Origin: Aeropyrum pernix K1
GTDB lineage: Archaea > Thermoproteota > Thermoprotei_A > Sulfolobales > Acidilobaceae
Length of the DNA: 24,000 nt
Reading direction: 5' to 3'
NCBI RefSeq assembly: GCF_000011125.1
Contig: NC_000854.2
Span: 1,206,160 to 1,230,159, forward strand
Positions within the stretch are counted from its first letter, which is position 1, and every line of letters begins with the position of its first letter. Under the pieces are notes generated by a model. That model did no database searches and was not told the DNA's origin. It saw only the letters and a list, made by a program, of their open reading frames with translations. Positions 1-9,320 of the stretch are shown piece by piece. A program made the translations under genes and the position numbers.

Positions 1-169
1 TCACCTGCAGTTCAATACCTTCATCTACACTCTCCTTCAACAACTTCTCGTTGAAGCTATCGGCTACTAGCATGTCAATCGAGGAGATCAAGTGGCCTCC
101 TATCAGCGCAAGGACAGCGACTAGACCTATCCCCACTAGAGCCCCCGATATAGTGCTTGAGACACCCAT
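1..169 (-). CDS. flaF: Archaellum protein FlaF-like (partial; C-terminus lies outside the window)
   Basis: Minus-strand ATG at 169-167 opens MGVSSTISGALVGIGLVAVLALIGGHLISSIDMLVADSFNEKLLKESVDEGIELQV..., open to the window edge. N-terminal hydrophobic helix and position directly after the FlaG-like gene fit FlaF. Confidence 0.65.
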   Translation of the reverse strand, partial: MGVSSTISGALVGIGLVAVLALIGGHLISSIDMLVADSFNEKLLKESVDEGIELQV

Positions 170-175
170 TTAGGG

Positions 176-661
176 TCACCCCGCTGGCTCTACGAAAGAC
201 ATTTTTGCGCCGGTTGGGGTGACTAGGATAAGCTTAACTGGATTACTGTATGCCGAGGGGGGGTTCAAAACAAGCTCTATGAGCTCCCCTACCTCCCATA
301 CCCCGTCCTGCGTTCCATACTCTACATAGCTCCAGGTTCCCTGTCCACCTGTAGTGTTGTAAGTGTAGTAGTCTAGCTCCCCCCCATATGGGCCCAGGAA
401 AACCTCCATGTTTTCTATGTTCGTCATGGGTGTGAGGCCGGTATTCTTTAGATAGACTCTATACAGGTTGTTGGCTTCATCATAAACAATGTAAACCAGG
501 GTAACTTCGGTCCTCATCTTGTCGGATATACTCTTGTATATGGACTGGAGGGAGTTGCCTATCTCGTAGGAGCTGAATATGGCTATCCCGGCGAAGATAC
601 TGGCCATAGTTACAGCCACTATGGTGAGGAGCGCGTGGGCTATTACTGTTGATTCTCCCAT
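176..661 (-). CDS. flaG: Archaellum protein FlaG-like
   Basis: 161-aa ORF with N-terminal hydrophobic segment (VIAHALLTIVAVTMASIFAGIAIF) and beta-rich C-terminal domain, placed after the flagellins and next to the FlaF-like ORF. Confidence 0.7.
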   Translation of the reverse strand: MGESTVIAHALLTIVAVTMASIFAGIAIFSSYEIGNSLQSIYKSISDKMRTEVTLVYIVYDEANNLYRVYLKNTGLTPMTNIENMEVFLGPYGGELDYYTYNTTGGQGTWSYVEYGTQDGVWEVGELIELVLNPPSAYSNPVKLILVTPTGAKMSFVEPAG

Positions 662-1437
662 CTCCTACCACCAAGAAGCCTCACCACGAGCCTAAACACT
701 TCCTTCTCAAACTCCTCATCCCTGATGCCGAGGCTCCTGGCTATGCTATAAACAGCTACAATTTGCTCTTCGGGGGTGAGGCCGAGCTTACGGGCCTCCC
801 TCATAAGCTCTATATACTTCCTTACAACCTCCCTCCTTCTTTCGTCAAGCTGGCCGGAAGCTTCAAGCAAGTCAATTATCTTCTCAAAAACCTCGGGAGG
901 CATACTCTCCCCGAGACTCCAGAGGGTCTTAGCAACCTCAACCAAGTCAGCCATACTAGGGGTCGGCCCAGCCTTACCACTAGCCAGCTCGTTAAGCCTA
1001 GTTTCCCTAAAGTTTGCCGGATGTATCGAACTGTCTTCGAACCCTTTGAAGCCATTAGCGTGTTCAGCCCGTCTAAAATTCTCCTGAGGAGGAGTACCCA
1101 CGTCTGGAGTATTAGCATCCCATAGGTCCTTGTTCTTACCGCCCACGCTACTCTCGGAGGTACTCTTAGGACTGGTAGTAGCTTGTCCGGGATTATGAGC
1201 TACCCCTACATGTATATTTGGTGTGAATATGTTGGGTGAAGCGCTAACTGGAGCGAGGTCCTCGCCCCCCGCCTCCCCCCCATCCTCTTCACCCTCGTTT
1301 ACCATAACCTTTCGCAGGGGATTCCTGGACTCTAGAAGAACGCTTCTAAGCTCCAGGACAACCTCTCTAAGCGACTCTAGAAGCTCCCTCAGCTCCTTGT
1401 CGCCCCCTCCAGCATCGCCCACGTTAGCCACCCCCAT
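643..1437 (-). CDS. Archaellum-cluster accessory protein (position equivalent to FlaX or FlaC/D/E); low-complexity centre, helical C-terminal domain
   Basis: 264-aa ORF overlapping the flaG start by 19 nt and co-directional with the flagellins. Coiled-coil-like N-terminus (KELRELLESLREVVLELRSVLLE) and charged helical C-terminus. Confidence 0.5.
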   Translation of the reverse strand: MGVANVGDAGGGDKELRELLESLREVVLELRSVLLESRNPLRKVMVNEGEEDGGEAGGEDLAPVSASPNIFTPNIHVGVAHNPGQATTSPKSTSESSVGGKNKDLWDANTPDVGTPPQENFRRAEHANGFKGFEDSSIHPANFRETRLNELASGKAGPTPSMADLVEVAKTLWSLGESMPPEVFEKIIDLLEASGQLDERRREVVRKYIELMREARKLGLTPEEQIVAVYSIARSLGIRDEEFEKEVFRLVVRLLGGRRWENQQ

Positions 1438-1560
1438 CGCGTCTCTCCAACTCGCGATATCAACCTCGACACTTCTCCAAGCATCATCGAAACAATCTAC
1501 CCTAAACTTGCAAAGTAAATCGTAAAAAAATCCTTTAGGTTACAAAAAAAGGGTTTACGG

Positions 1561-2172
1561 CTAGCCAAGGCTTACAGCACCGCCCGTTGGTAGAGATGCA
1601 GGAACTATCCTCTCTACGGTTAGGGCAGCTCCCTGTACTGGCCTGACCTCTACTTTAAACTCCTCATAGCTGTTAAGGGGTGTTGGAAGTTCCAGGACTA
1701 GAAGCCCTTTCTCGCCAAGCTCCAGCACATTGTCGCCATCGCCATTGAAAATTACTAGGTACGCCCAGCCTGTAGTACAAGCTATACTGCTTGTTATAGT
1801 GGAGAGCTTGCTGTCTGAGAGACTGCTCCCATCGAATACTCCACAATAGGCATTCTCGTAGAATTTCGATGGCAACATGACTCTGACAGTAGTCTTGTCC
1901 ACAGACATATCAACACCTTCCCTCCCTGGAGACACCTTGATGGGTATAGCTATAGCGTCCACACTTCCCGATGTTACGTTGGCTATTACGCTGCCGTCGA
2001 CCTCCAGGGCAGAGGTAGCCTCCTCAAGACCCCTCTGCATGACCTCCTTGCTCTTCTGGGTTGTGAACAGACCCATGTTGAGGGCGACGAACGCCAGCGC
2101 CGCAGCCACTATCACGAAAGCTATCAGAACTATCGCCGCCTCAATACCCACAATACCCCTTCGCCGCCTCAT
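1561..2172 (-). CDS. flaB: Archaellin / flagellin
   Basis: 203 aa with class III (type IV pilin-like) signal [43 protein letters not shown]. Confidence 0.9.
   Translation of the reverse strand: MRRRRGIVGIEAAIVLIAFVIVAAALAFVALNMGLFTTQKSKEVMQRGLEEATSALEVDGSVIANVTSGSVDAIAIPIKVSPGREGVDMSVDKTTVRVMLPSKFYENAYCGVFDGSSLSDSKLSTITSSIACTTGWAYLVIFNGDGDNVLELGEKGLLVLELPTPLNSYEEFKVEVRPVQGAALTVERIVPASLPTGGAVSLG
1981..2171 (-). repeat. 191-bp direct repeat, copy 1 (other copy 2743..2933)
   Basis: Compared base by base at an offset of 762; the segment starting ggctattacgctgccgtcgacctccagg and ending cccttcgccgcctca appears identical in both archaellin genes. Confidence 0.93.
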
Positions 2173-2193
2173 ATCTAGCCACCTCTACGTCAT

Positions 2194-2934
2194 CTACCCT
2201 AGATCTACAGGGGCTACTGCATAGGTTGTTGTTCCAGTCGTCGCATCAGAAGTAGAGTCTAGTGGCGGTAGCGTAGGCGGTATGACCCTCTCTAGTGTTA
2301 GGCTAGCTCCCGAGACCGCTCTGAGCTCTATCATTATCTTGTCATACGGTTCCAGATAATCGACATCTATTGTTGCTGTGGTATCGCTGTCTAACCGTAT
2401 TATCAGAAGTCCTTTCTCGCCAAGCTCTAGCACGCTATCACCGTCTCCGTTTATTACGTACACGTATGCATCGGTTGCTACGAATGGGCCTGGTGAAGTG
2501 GTGTAGGGTTCACATCCTGTGGGCGCGTTGCTGAGTACAGCCTCGAAGTCTTCTCCAGCAGATCCACTTGCGTAGCCGCAGTACACGTTCTCGTAGAAGC
2601 CGTTGGGGAGTAGTAACCTCACCGTTAGCTTGCTAGGATCGAGGTCTATTCCCTCTCTGCCAGGAGATATTTTTAGAGGTACTGCTAGAGCATCGACGAC
2701 TATGTTGTAGCTGCCTGTAGTAGTGTCTGCATCTATTGCCCGGGCTATTACGCTGCCGTCGACCTCCAGGGCAGAGGTAGCCTCCTCAAGACCCCTCTGC
2801 ATGACCTCCTTGCTCTTCTGGGTTGTGAACAGACCCATGTTGAGGGCGACGAACGCCAGCGCCGCAGCCACTATCACGAAAGCTATCAGAACTATCGCCG
2901 CCTCAATACCCACAATACCCCTTCGCCGCCTCAC
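2194..2934 (-). CDS. flaB: Archaellin / flagellin (tandem paralogue, GTG start)
   Basis: 246 aa whose first 63 residues are identical to the neighbouring archaellin. Confidence 0.9.
2743..2933 (-). repeat. 191-bp direct repeat, copy 2
   Basis: See copy 1 at 1981..2171. Confidence 0.93.
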
Positions 2935-3159
2935 GCTTTTGCACCCTTTGCCTTATGGACCGTTATTTTAGATTGGCGGTGTACGCTGTAGAGGCTAATC
3001 TTCTTAGCGTAATACCTGGTGGGAGGGGGGTATTTAAGGGGGGTTGGCAGCGCCGGGCTTCTAACAGGTGTTTGGGTGTCTAGCCTGGTGTGCTGTTATC
3101 GTATTACCCAGGGTGTACTCTGTTTAAAAGCGGGGTTGATGCTGCGGGGGCCCTGGATT

Positions 3160-3786
3160 TTACTTTCTACGCGTGATTCTCGAGTAGACGGCCAACCCGG
3201 CTAGCCCTGTAGCCGTGCCCACGGCTATCAGCGCCTGCTCGGGGGTTCTCGAGTAGCCTTCTATAGTGTAGTGTAGGCTGTAGCCTATCTCGCCTCCTAG
3301 AGGTACGGCGACTATGGCTAGGGAGGACCCCGGTTTGAGCCTGGCCTGGGCTTCCGCCACTCCCGCCTCAGCCTTTATCTCCTCCACAGATCCCACCGTG
3401 GGTAGGAGCTGTATCGCCTGCTGGCTCGCCTTGACAACCCCCCACCCGTATACTATGCCTGCCCTTATGTCGGGCTCTACGTTCCTCCCGGTTATCTCTA
3501 TGTTTATCGCGGAGAGCGCGTCGAACAGCATCATGGGGTCTCCAGAGACTGTGAGTAGGTAGGCCCGGGCAACGCCCTCTAGCCTGATCTCAAGTGTGCC
3601 GGAGGATGCTGTGGGCATCGCTGCTATAACCGCCGCACCTTCTGTGCCCACGGGTATGGAGCCGGACCAGCTGCTCTCGGTCTTAACCCCCCATAGGCTG
3701 GCGGCTAGGCCTGCCACTATGAGGCTCACTCCCAGCGCCACCAGCAGCCTCGAGGCGAGTCCTCCGAGCACTCTCGAGGTTTTCAA
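3160..3786 (-). CDS. Hypothetical membrane-anchored protein (TM segments at both ends, extracytoplasmic middle), linked to the ABC transporter
   Basis: 208-aa ORF with hydrophobic segments LLVALGVSLIVAGLAASLW and ALIAVGTATGLAGLAVY; its start overlaps the permease stop. Confidence 0.6.
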   Translation of the reverse strand: MKTSRVLGGLASRLLVALGVSLIVAGLAASLWGVKTESSWSGSIPVGTEGAAVIAAMPTASSGTLEIRLEGVARAYLLTVSGDPMMLFDALSAINIEITGRNVEPDIRAGIVYGWGVVKASQQAIQLLPTVGSVEEIKAEAGVAEAQARLKPGSSLAIVAVPLGGEIGYSLHYTIEGYSRTPEQALIAVGTATGLAGLAVYSRITRRK

Positions 3787-4538
3787 GGCTCAAGCCTCCT
3801 TGTGAAGTAGAGTATGGAGGCTGCCGCGGCCGAGAGGGCTAGGAGGGGGACTAGGAGGGGCTGCCAGGCCTGTATCTCCCCTCCTCCGTAGTGGAGGATG
3901 GCGACGCCTGGGAGGTATGATGCTGTCGCCAGCTCCACCAGTATCTCCCGGCCTGTAACCCTTCCGAGGAGGTAGAGTAGGGTTGAGGCGACCACTATGT
4001 ATGCGAAGTAGAATGCCACGCTTAGTATACCGCTCGTCCCCGGGCTCCGTGATGCGAGGGCTATTAGCATGAAGAAGGAGCCGTACATTACAGCCTGCAC
4101 CGTGTAGGCTGTGAAGGTTGCCAGGTACTCCAGGGGGGAGCCTAGGGCTACGGGCATCATTACTATGGCGACTGCCACTGTTGGCGCGCCGAGTATGGCC
4201 AGGCTTGGCACTAGTACTCTGCTTGTGTATAGGGCTATGGCTAGGTGGAGTCTGCCTATGGGGTAGGAGGCTATTAGCTGTAGGAGCCCGTTCTCCGCCA
4301 TACACGTTATACCAGCAGCCCCCCTGAGGGCTAGGAATATTGTTGCGGCGAAGAGCGTGGGGTCTAGGGCGTAGCTAAGCATGTAGGAGGCGCTTGTGAA
4401 GGGCTGTATGACGACTAGCACAGAGGCCAGGCTCCCCACTATTATGGCGAGGACGTCGAGGCCCGGGGGCTTGAGTGTGTCCATCAGGTCGACGAGGGCT
4501 ACTATACCCGCCCTCTTCAGCATGCCCGGCCTGGTCAC
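3783..4538 (-). CDS. ABC transporter membrane (permease) subunit, ABC-2 type
   Basis: 251 aa with about six hydrophobic segments, overlapping the ATPase ORF by 4 nt. Confidence 0.75.
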   Translation of the reverse strand: MTRPGMLKRAGIVALVDLMDTLKPPGLDVLAIIVGSLASVLVVIQPFTSASYMLSYALDPTLFAATIFLALRGAAGITCMAENGLLQLIASYPIGRLHLAIALYTSRVLVPSLAILGAPTVAVAIVMMPVALGSPLEYLATFTAYTVQAVMYGSFFMLIALASRSPGTSGILSVAFYFAYIVVASTLLYLLGRVTGREILVELATASYLPGVAILHYGGGEIQAWQPLLVPLLALSAAAASILYFTRRLEP

Positions 4539-5410
4539 CCCGCCATCGCCTCCTCTACACCGGGCTCTACTAGGTCCACGCCGAGGACCTCAACGCCCTC
4601 TCTCCCCAGCCTGGCGAGGGCCTCGTAGAATCTGTGGAGCGGGCCGTCGACCCTGACTACGACTCCCAGCCCGTCCTCCCTGGCCTCGAACCCGAGGCTC
4701 CTGAGGAGCTCGGCGGCGAGGCTGGGGTTTGAGGTCCTCAGCCTGGCGAGCCCGGCCCTCCTGAAGAGGTCCTCCGGGCTCCCCTCGGCCGCGAGCCTGC
4801 CGCCCGCCAGCACGTATATCCTGGTGGCGACCCTCAGCAGCTCTACTATGACGTGGCTTGAGACGAGGAGGGATAGACCATGCTCCCTGTTGAGCCTGGC
4901 GAGCAGCCTGAGGACCTCCCTCCTCTCCAGGGGGTCTAGGTTCGAGGTGGGCTCGTCCGCCACCAGGAACCTGGGCTCCCCTAGGAGCGCGTGGGCTATC
5001 GCCGCCCTCTGCTTCAGCCCCGCGCTCAGCTGCGGGAAGGTCTTCCACTCGTGGCCCTCGAGCCCGGCTGCCCTTATAGCCCAGTCAACCCTGGAGGGGC
5101 TGGAGCCGATGATCGCCGCCGCAGACTCGAGGAACTCCACCACAGGCATCGATGAGGGCAGGTTGGGCCTCTCGAAGACGACGCCCACGCCCTCCCTAGC
5201 CCTGGGCTCCCGCCACGGGTCCAGCCCGTTGAGAAGCACTCTCCCCCCGTCCCTCCTAGCGAGGCCTAGAGAGACCTTTATCAGAGTGGTCTTCCCGGCC
5301 CCGTTGGGACCTACGAGGCCCACGGCCTCCCCGCGGCCCACCTCGAGGTCGACACGGTCGAGCACCGGCTGGCCTCTATACTTCTTCACAACACCTCTAG
5401 CCTCGAGAAC
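4535..5410 (-). CDS. ABC transporter ATP-binding protein (ORF open to 5491; likely GTG start near 5410)
   Basis: Walker A GPNGAGKTT, signature-region QLSAGLKQRAAIAHALL, Walker B-like RFLVADEPTSNLDP. The region upstream of VLEARGVVKKYRGQPVL does not look like an ABC N-terminus. Confidence 0.9.
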   Translation of the reverse strand, partial: VLEARGVVKKYRGQPVLDRVDLEVGRGEAVGLVGPNGAGKTTLIKVSLGLARRDGGRVLLNGLDPWREPRAREGVGVVFERPNLPSSMPVVEFLESAAAIIGSSPSRVDWAIRAAGLEGHEWKTFPQLSAGLKQRAAIAHALLGEPRFLVADEPTSNLDPLERREVLRLLARLNREHGLSLLVSSHVIVELLRVATRIYVLAGGRLAAEGSPEDLFRRAGLARLRTSNPSLAAELLRSLGFEAREDGLGVVVRVDGPLHRFYEALARLGREGVEVLGVDLVEPGVEEAMAG

Positions 5411-5468
5411 GGTGTCCAAAAACCTTCCCCCGCGACAGCCATAGACAGCTAGGTGCCCTTTGGCTGCT

Positions 5469-6713
5469 TTATCCTGGAGACCCTGCCCCAACCATTTTGA
5501 GGGAGAGTATTGAGAGGGCCGCCAGGAGTAGGGTGCTCCCGGCGATCCCCAGCGCTATCCCCTCCAGCCCCATGGCCCCGCTTAGCACTCCCCCGAGGGG
5601 TGCTCCCACCGCGACTCCCAGTATGTTGCTGACCTGCTGTATGGCTATAGAGGTCCCCCGGGACCATGGGGGGACCGTTATGGCTAGGTAGGTGCTTAGA
5701 GTCATTCCAGCCCCTATAAGCGGGCCGTAGAGGGCCGCGAACACCAGGACCCCGGGGTGAGATGGGCTCTGGGCTAGTGCTGCGGCGCCCGCGAGGGCCG
5801 AGGCTGAAGCGGCTGCCAAGGCTAGGGCGCCGCGCCCAGCGTCTATAAGCCTGCCCGAGAGGAGGAAGGCTGGCAGTGACGCTATCGAGGCTACCCCTAT
5901 GGAGAGGCCCGCCAGTGCAGAGGCTTCCTCCTCACCCTCCACAACACCCTCCCCCGTCAGGGCTGTCGATAGCCCGCCCACAAGTATGCCGAACCCCAGG
6001 TATAGGCTGGCCATGGTTGCCGCGGCGCCTAAGACCTTGAGCCTGGAGGCCATGAGACCCCTCGCCACTCCAGCCCTCCTGGCGATGCCCGAGTCCCTGT
6101 AGGGTAGCGCCACGGCGGCTGCCGTGCCGATGGCTAGTATTAGGGAGAGGAGCCTTAGGGCGTTCTGGAAGCCCAACATCTCGACGGCCCTGCCCCCAGC
6201 CGCCGAGCCTAGGGCCACCCCGGCGCCTATTACCGCTAGGTAGCGGCCTGCGGCGTAGCCCTCGCCACCCCTCCTGCTCGTGTCGCCAACTATGGAGAAG
6301 AAGGCGGGGTAGACTAGGCTGCCCCCGATGGCGTGGAGGCCCCTGTAGAGGGCTAGCTCTCCCGGTGTTGAGGCTGTGGTGTATAGCGTTACCGCTAGGG
6401 TGTCCCAGGCGAGGCCGGCTATGAGGGCCTTCTTCCTCCCCACCTTATCCACGACAATCCCCGCCGCTATGCTGGCTGGTATGGCGGCCATGCTGTAGAG
6501 GCCGGCTATGAAGCCGGCCTCAGCCTTCGACGCGCCGAGGTGCTCTGCGTACGCTGCCACAACCCCTAGGAGGAACGCCGTGTCCATTAGTCCTGCGAAG
6601 CCTGCTAAGGCGAGGAGGAGGCTACCCCTTCCCCCCAGCCCGGGCAGCGCCAACCCTGCCTCGACCCCGCGGGAGGGCTGCGGTAGCCTGCTAGCCGTGG
6701 AGCGCCTCTGCAA
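5469..6713 (-). CDS. Major facilitator superfamily transporter
   Basis: 414 aa with 12-TM-like hydrophobicity and MFS-like loops (GFIAGLYSMAAIPASIAAGIVVDKVGRKKALI; GYAAGRYLAVIGAGVALGSAAGG). Confidence 0.8.
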   Translation of the reverse strand: MQRRSTASRLPQPSRGVEAGLALPGLGGRGSLLLALAGFAGLMDTAFLLGVVAAYAEHLGASKAEAGFIAGLYSMAAIPASIAAGIVVDKVGRKKALIAGLAWDTLAVTLYTTASTPGELALYRGLHAIGGSLVYPAFFSIVGDTSRRGGEGYAAGRYLAVIGAGVALGSAAGGRAVEMLGFQNALRLLSLILAIGTAAAVALPYRDSGIARRAGVARGLMASRLKVLGAAATMASLYLGFGILVGGLSTALTGEGVVEGEEEASALAGLSIGVASIASLPAFLLSGRLIDAGRGALALAAASASALAGAAALAQSPSHPGVLVFAALYGPLIGAGMTLSTYLAITVPPWSRGTSIAIQQVSNILGVAVGAPLGGVLSGAMGLEGIALGIAGSTLLLAALSILSLKMVGAGSPG

Positions 6714-8016
6714 CTCGCCTGTAGAACTCTACAGCGGCCTCCAGCTGCCTTATCTCGACGTACTCGTCGGGGCCGTGCACGTTCCCCCCGAGGGGTCCAT
6801 AGTCTATGGCCTGGGAGCCCCTCGGGCTGAAGTACCTGCTGTCGCTGGCCCCGGCCGCCTCCCGGGGCTCCCCGGGGAGGCCTAGGGACTGGTTCACCCT
6901 TAGGGCGAGCTTGACCAGCTCTGCACTGCTGGGGGTGTAGAGGTAGCCCCCTCCCCCGGTAACCCTGTACTCCCACTCCACACGGGAGCCGAGGCTCTCC
7001 TCTAGGCTTCTGGCCACTGCCTCGTCGACAGCAGCCGGGTCCCCGGTCATGGCCCTGACGTCGACAATAACCTCATGCCAGCCCTCCGCAAGCCTGTAGA
7101 CGTTGGGTGTGGCGGTGACGCCGTAGTCGCTGTAGAGGAGCCTGCCTGGGGTTATGCGGGAGAGTGGTATGAGGCTTTTCAGCAGGGCTGTTAGGCCGGG
7201 GTCGTAGACACCATGCCCTCCGCCCCCGGGCTCTAGGGCCTCTAGCTCGACGCTAGCGGGGAGGACGTTGCTCTTCACCCACTCGCCGCTGAGGCTTGAG
7301 GCGAGCAGGCCGGCCTCCCTGACCAGGGCGGCCGCGGTTAGTAGGGGGTGGCTGTCGACGCCGGGTATGAAGTAGGCTGCGTGCCTCGTCGGCCTCCCCC
7401 TCACCTCCAGACCCAGCCTCATAACACGCCTCGAAACACCCTCGGCGTCAGCCCTCTCAGCCCTAACCCTTACTATGGCGTTGAAAACGTTCCTCCTCCT
7501 AGTTATCACCGCCCCCATGCTCCCGTCGCCATTGACAACATAGTCAGGCCACAAACCCTCAGACCTGAGCCTCCCCGCCAGCCACCCAGCACCCCTCTCC
7601 CCGCCTATCTCCTCATCCCCTGTGAAAGCTATGATGACAGTCCCGCGGCCGGGCTCGAAGCCGGAGAGGGCGAGGGATATGGCGGCCACGTTGGACTTAT
7701 CGTCAGCAGCGCCCCTGCCGTAGAGCCTGCCACCCTTAACCACGGGCTTGAAAGGCTCGGTAACCCTCCACCCTGGCCCCGGGGGGACCACGTCGAAGTG
7801 GGCCATGAAGAGGGTTACAGGCCTCCCCGAGCCCGCCATGTAGAGGAGTATGGGCACGCCCTCATTCTCCACAAGCTCCATGTCAAGCCCTGCATGCTCC
7901 CTCACAGCACGCCTAACCTCCTCGGCCTCGCCAACACCAACCAGCCTACCAGCGGAAGGGTCGTTTACACTCTCAACCTCAACTAGACTAGAAAGAAACT
8001 CCACTACACCAGCCAC
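6691..8016 (-). CDS. M20-family metallopeptidase / deacylase (ArgE/DapE-like)
   Basis: 441 aa with metal-site motifs MAHFDVVPPG, GRLYGRGAADDKSNVAA, FTGDEEIGGERG, ASDSRYFSPRGSQAIDYGPLGGNVHGPDEYV. Confidence 0.9.
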   Translation of the reverse strand: MAGVVEFLSSLVEVESVNDPSAGRLVGVGEAEEVRRAVREHAGLDMELVENEGVPILLYMAGSGRPVTLFMAHFDVVPPGPGWRVTEPFKPVVKGGRLYGRGAADDKSNVAAISLALSGFEPGRGTVIIAFTGDEEIGGERGAGWLAGRLRSEGLWPDYVVNGDGSMGAVITRRRNVFNAIVRVRAERADAEGVSRRVMRLGLEVRGRPTRHAAYFIPGVDSHPLLTAAALVREAGLLASSLSGEWVKSNVLPASVELEALEPGGGGHGVYDPGLTALLKSLIPLSRITPGRLLYSDYGVTATPNVYRLAEGWHEVIVDVRAMTGDPAAVDEAVARSLEESLGSRVEWEYRVTGGGGYLYTPSSAELVKLALRVNQSLGLPGEPREAAGASDSRYFSPRGSQAIDYGPLGGNVHGPDEYVEIRQLEAAVEFYRRVAEALHG

Positions 8017-8062
8017 CGGACTGCACCAGGTGGGAACAGAGCGTGCCGCGGGTTGTTAAAGC

Positions 8063-8088
8063 TAGAGTATAGCCTAGGCTATACTCTA
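8063..8088. promoter_or_regulatory. 26-bp perfect palindrome TAGAGTATAGCCTAGGCTATACTCTA
   Basis: The sequence equals its own reverse complement. It lies between the rRNA trailer and the M20 peptidase gene and contains TATA-like strings on both strands. Confidence 0.75.
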
Positions 8089-8111
8089 CAATGACTACTG
8101 CGTAAATAGCC

Positions 8112-8130
8112 GGGAGAAGAAGAGGGAAGG
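8112..8130 (-). terminator. Candidate rRNA operon terminator: polypyrimidine tract on the transcribed strand, just after the distal processing helix
   Basis: Plus gggagaagaagagggaagg reads CCTTCCCTCTTCTTCTCCC in the transcript direction, directly after the 23-bp helix arm at 8132..8154. Confidence 0.45.
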
Positions 8131-8131
8131 C

Positions 8132-8267
8132 GAGCGCCGCCTCCATCCACCAGCGAGGGACAGCCGAGGGCGCACGGGGCGCCACAGTCAGAGCAGCAGA
8201 GCCACTCCCCCAGCGCTCCCCACCCCAGGGAGCCGCCAAGGCCCCACACCAGAGGCCGCCGGGCCCT
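8132..8267 (-). promoter_or_regulatory. 23S rRNA processing stem, 3' arm (composite, in the trailer)
   Basis: Blocks 8132-8154, 8161-8170, 8197-8203, 8211-8220 and 8253-8267 are perfect complements of the spacer blocks. Confidence 0.87.
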
Positions 8268-8640
8268 CTGGACCCCGCTCAGGGGCGGACAGCGCAGCCA
8301 TACACCATGCTGCCCGCCCCCAGGCGAGCAGCCTACGGCCTCGGGCGATTGGGAGCGGCGGGCTACACCCCTCGAGGGCTAAGCCCCCTCGGGGCTCACA
8401 CCCCCGCCCCATCAACCCCGTCTTCTACGGGAGCCCTCGTGGACGCCGGCACCAGGCCGGCGCCCAACGGCCGCCTCTTTTCGGGGAGGGGTTCCCGCTT
8501 AGATGCTTTCAGCGGTTACCCCCTACGGCTTAGCTGCCCGGCGTTGCCCACCAGGACAACCGGTACACCAGAGGCCGCGGCGCCCCGTTCCTCTCGTACT
8601 AAGGGCACCTTCCCCTCAGGCGGCCCACACCCCCCGCGGG

Positions 8641-8679
<39 letters not shown>

Positions 8680-9320
8680 ACGTTCCCCTTTAATGGGCGG
8701 GCAGCCCCACCCTTGGGGGCTGCTGCACCCCCAGGATGGGAAGAGCCGACATCGAGGTAGCAAACCGCGGGGTCGATGGGGGCTCTCGCCCGCGACGACT
8801 CTGTTATCCCCGGGGTAACTTTTCTGTCGTGCCCGGCCCCCACCGAGGGGGCACGAGCGTGCGCTAGGCCACGGTTTCCCGGCCGGACCCCTTGCTTTCA
8901 GGGGTCCGGTCAGGCCGGCTTTTGCCCTTGCACTCTACGGCGGAGTTCTGACCCGCCTGAGCCGACCTTTGGGCGCCCGTGTTACCCTTTCGCGGGCGTG
9001 CCGCCCCAGCCAAACCGCCCACCCGACGCTGTCCCCCGCCCACCCGGGGCGGGGTTAGGCCCCCGGGCGGGGGTGGGTGGTGTTTCATGGACGCCTCCCC
9101 ACCCCCCGGAGAGGGTGGCTCATCGGCTCCCACCTACGCTACGCACCCCCGCCCGGGGGCCAACGCCGGGCTGCGGTAAAGCTCCACGGGGTCTTCTCTC
9201 CCTGCGGGGGGATGCCGGACTGTGCATCGGCTCAGGGGGTTCACGGGGCCCCGGGCCAGGACAGTGGGGACCTCGTTGACCCGTTCATGCGCGCCGGAAC
9301 TTACCCGGCAAGGCATTTGG

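Noticed and set aside
649-1125. Plus-strand ORF opposite the archaellum accessory gene (also 1877..2224 and 776..1087)
   Set aside because: Antisense shadows of well-supported minus-strand genes; no recognisable protein features.
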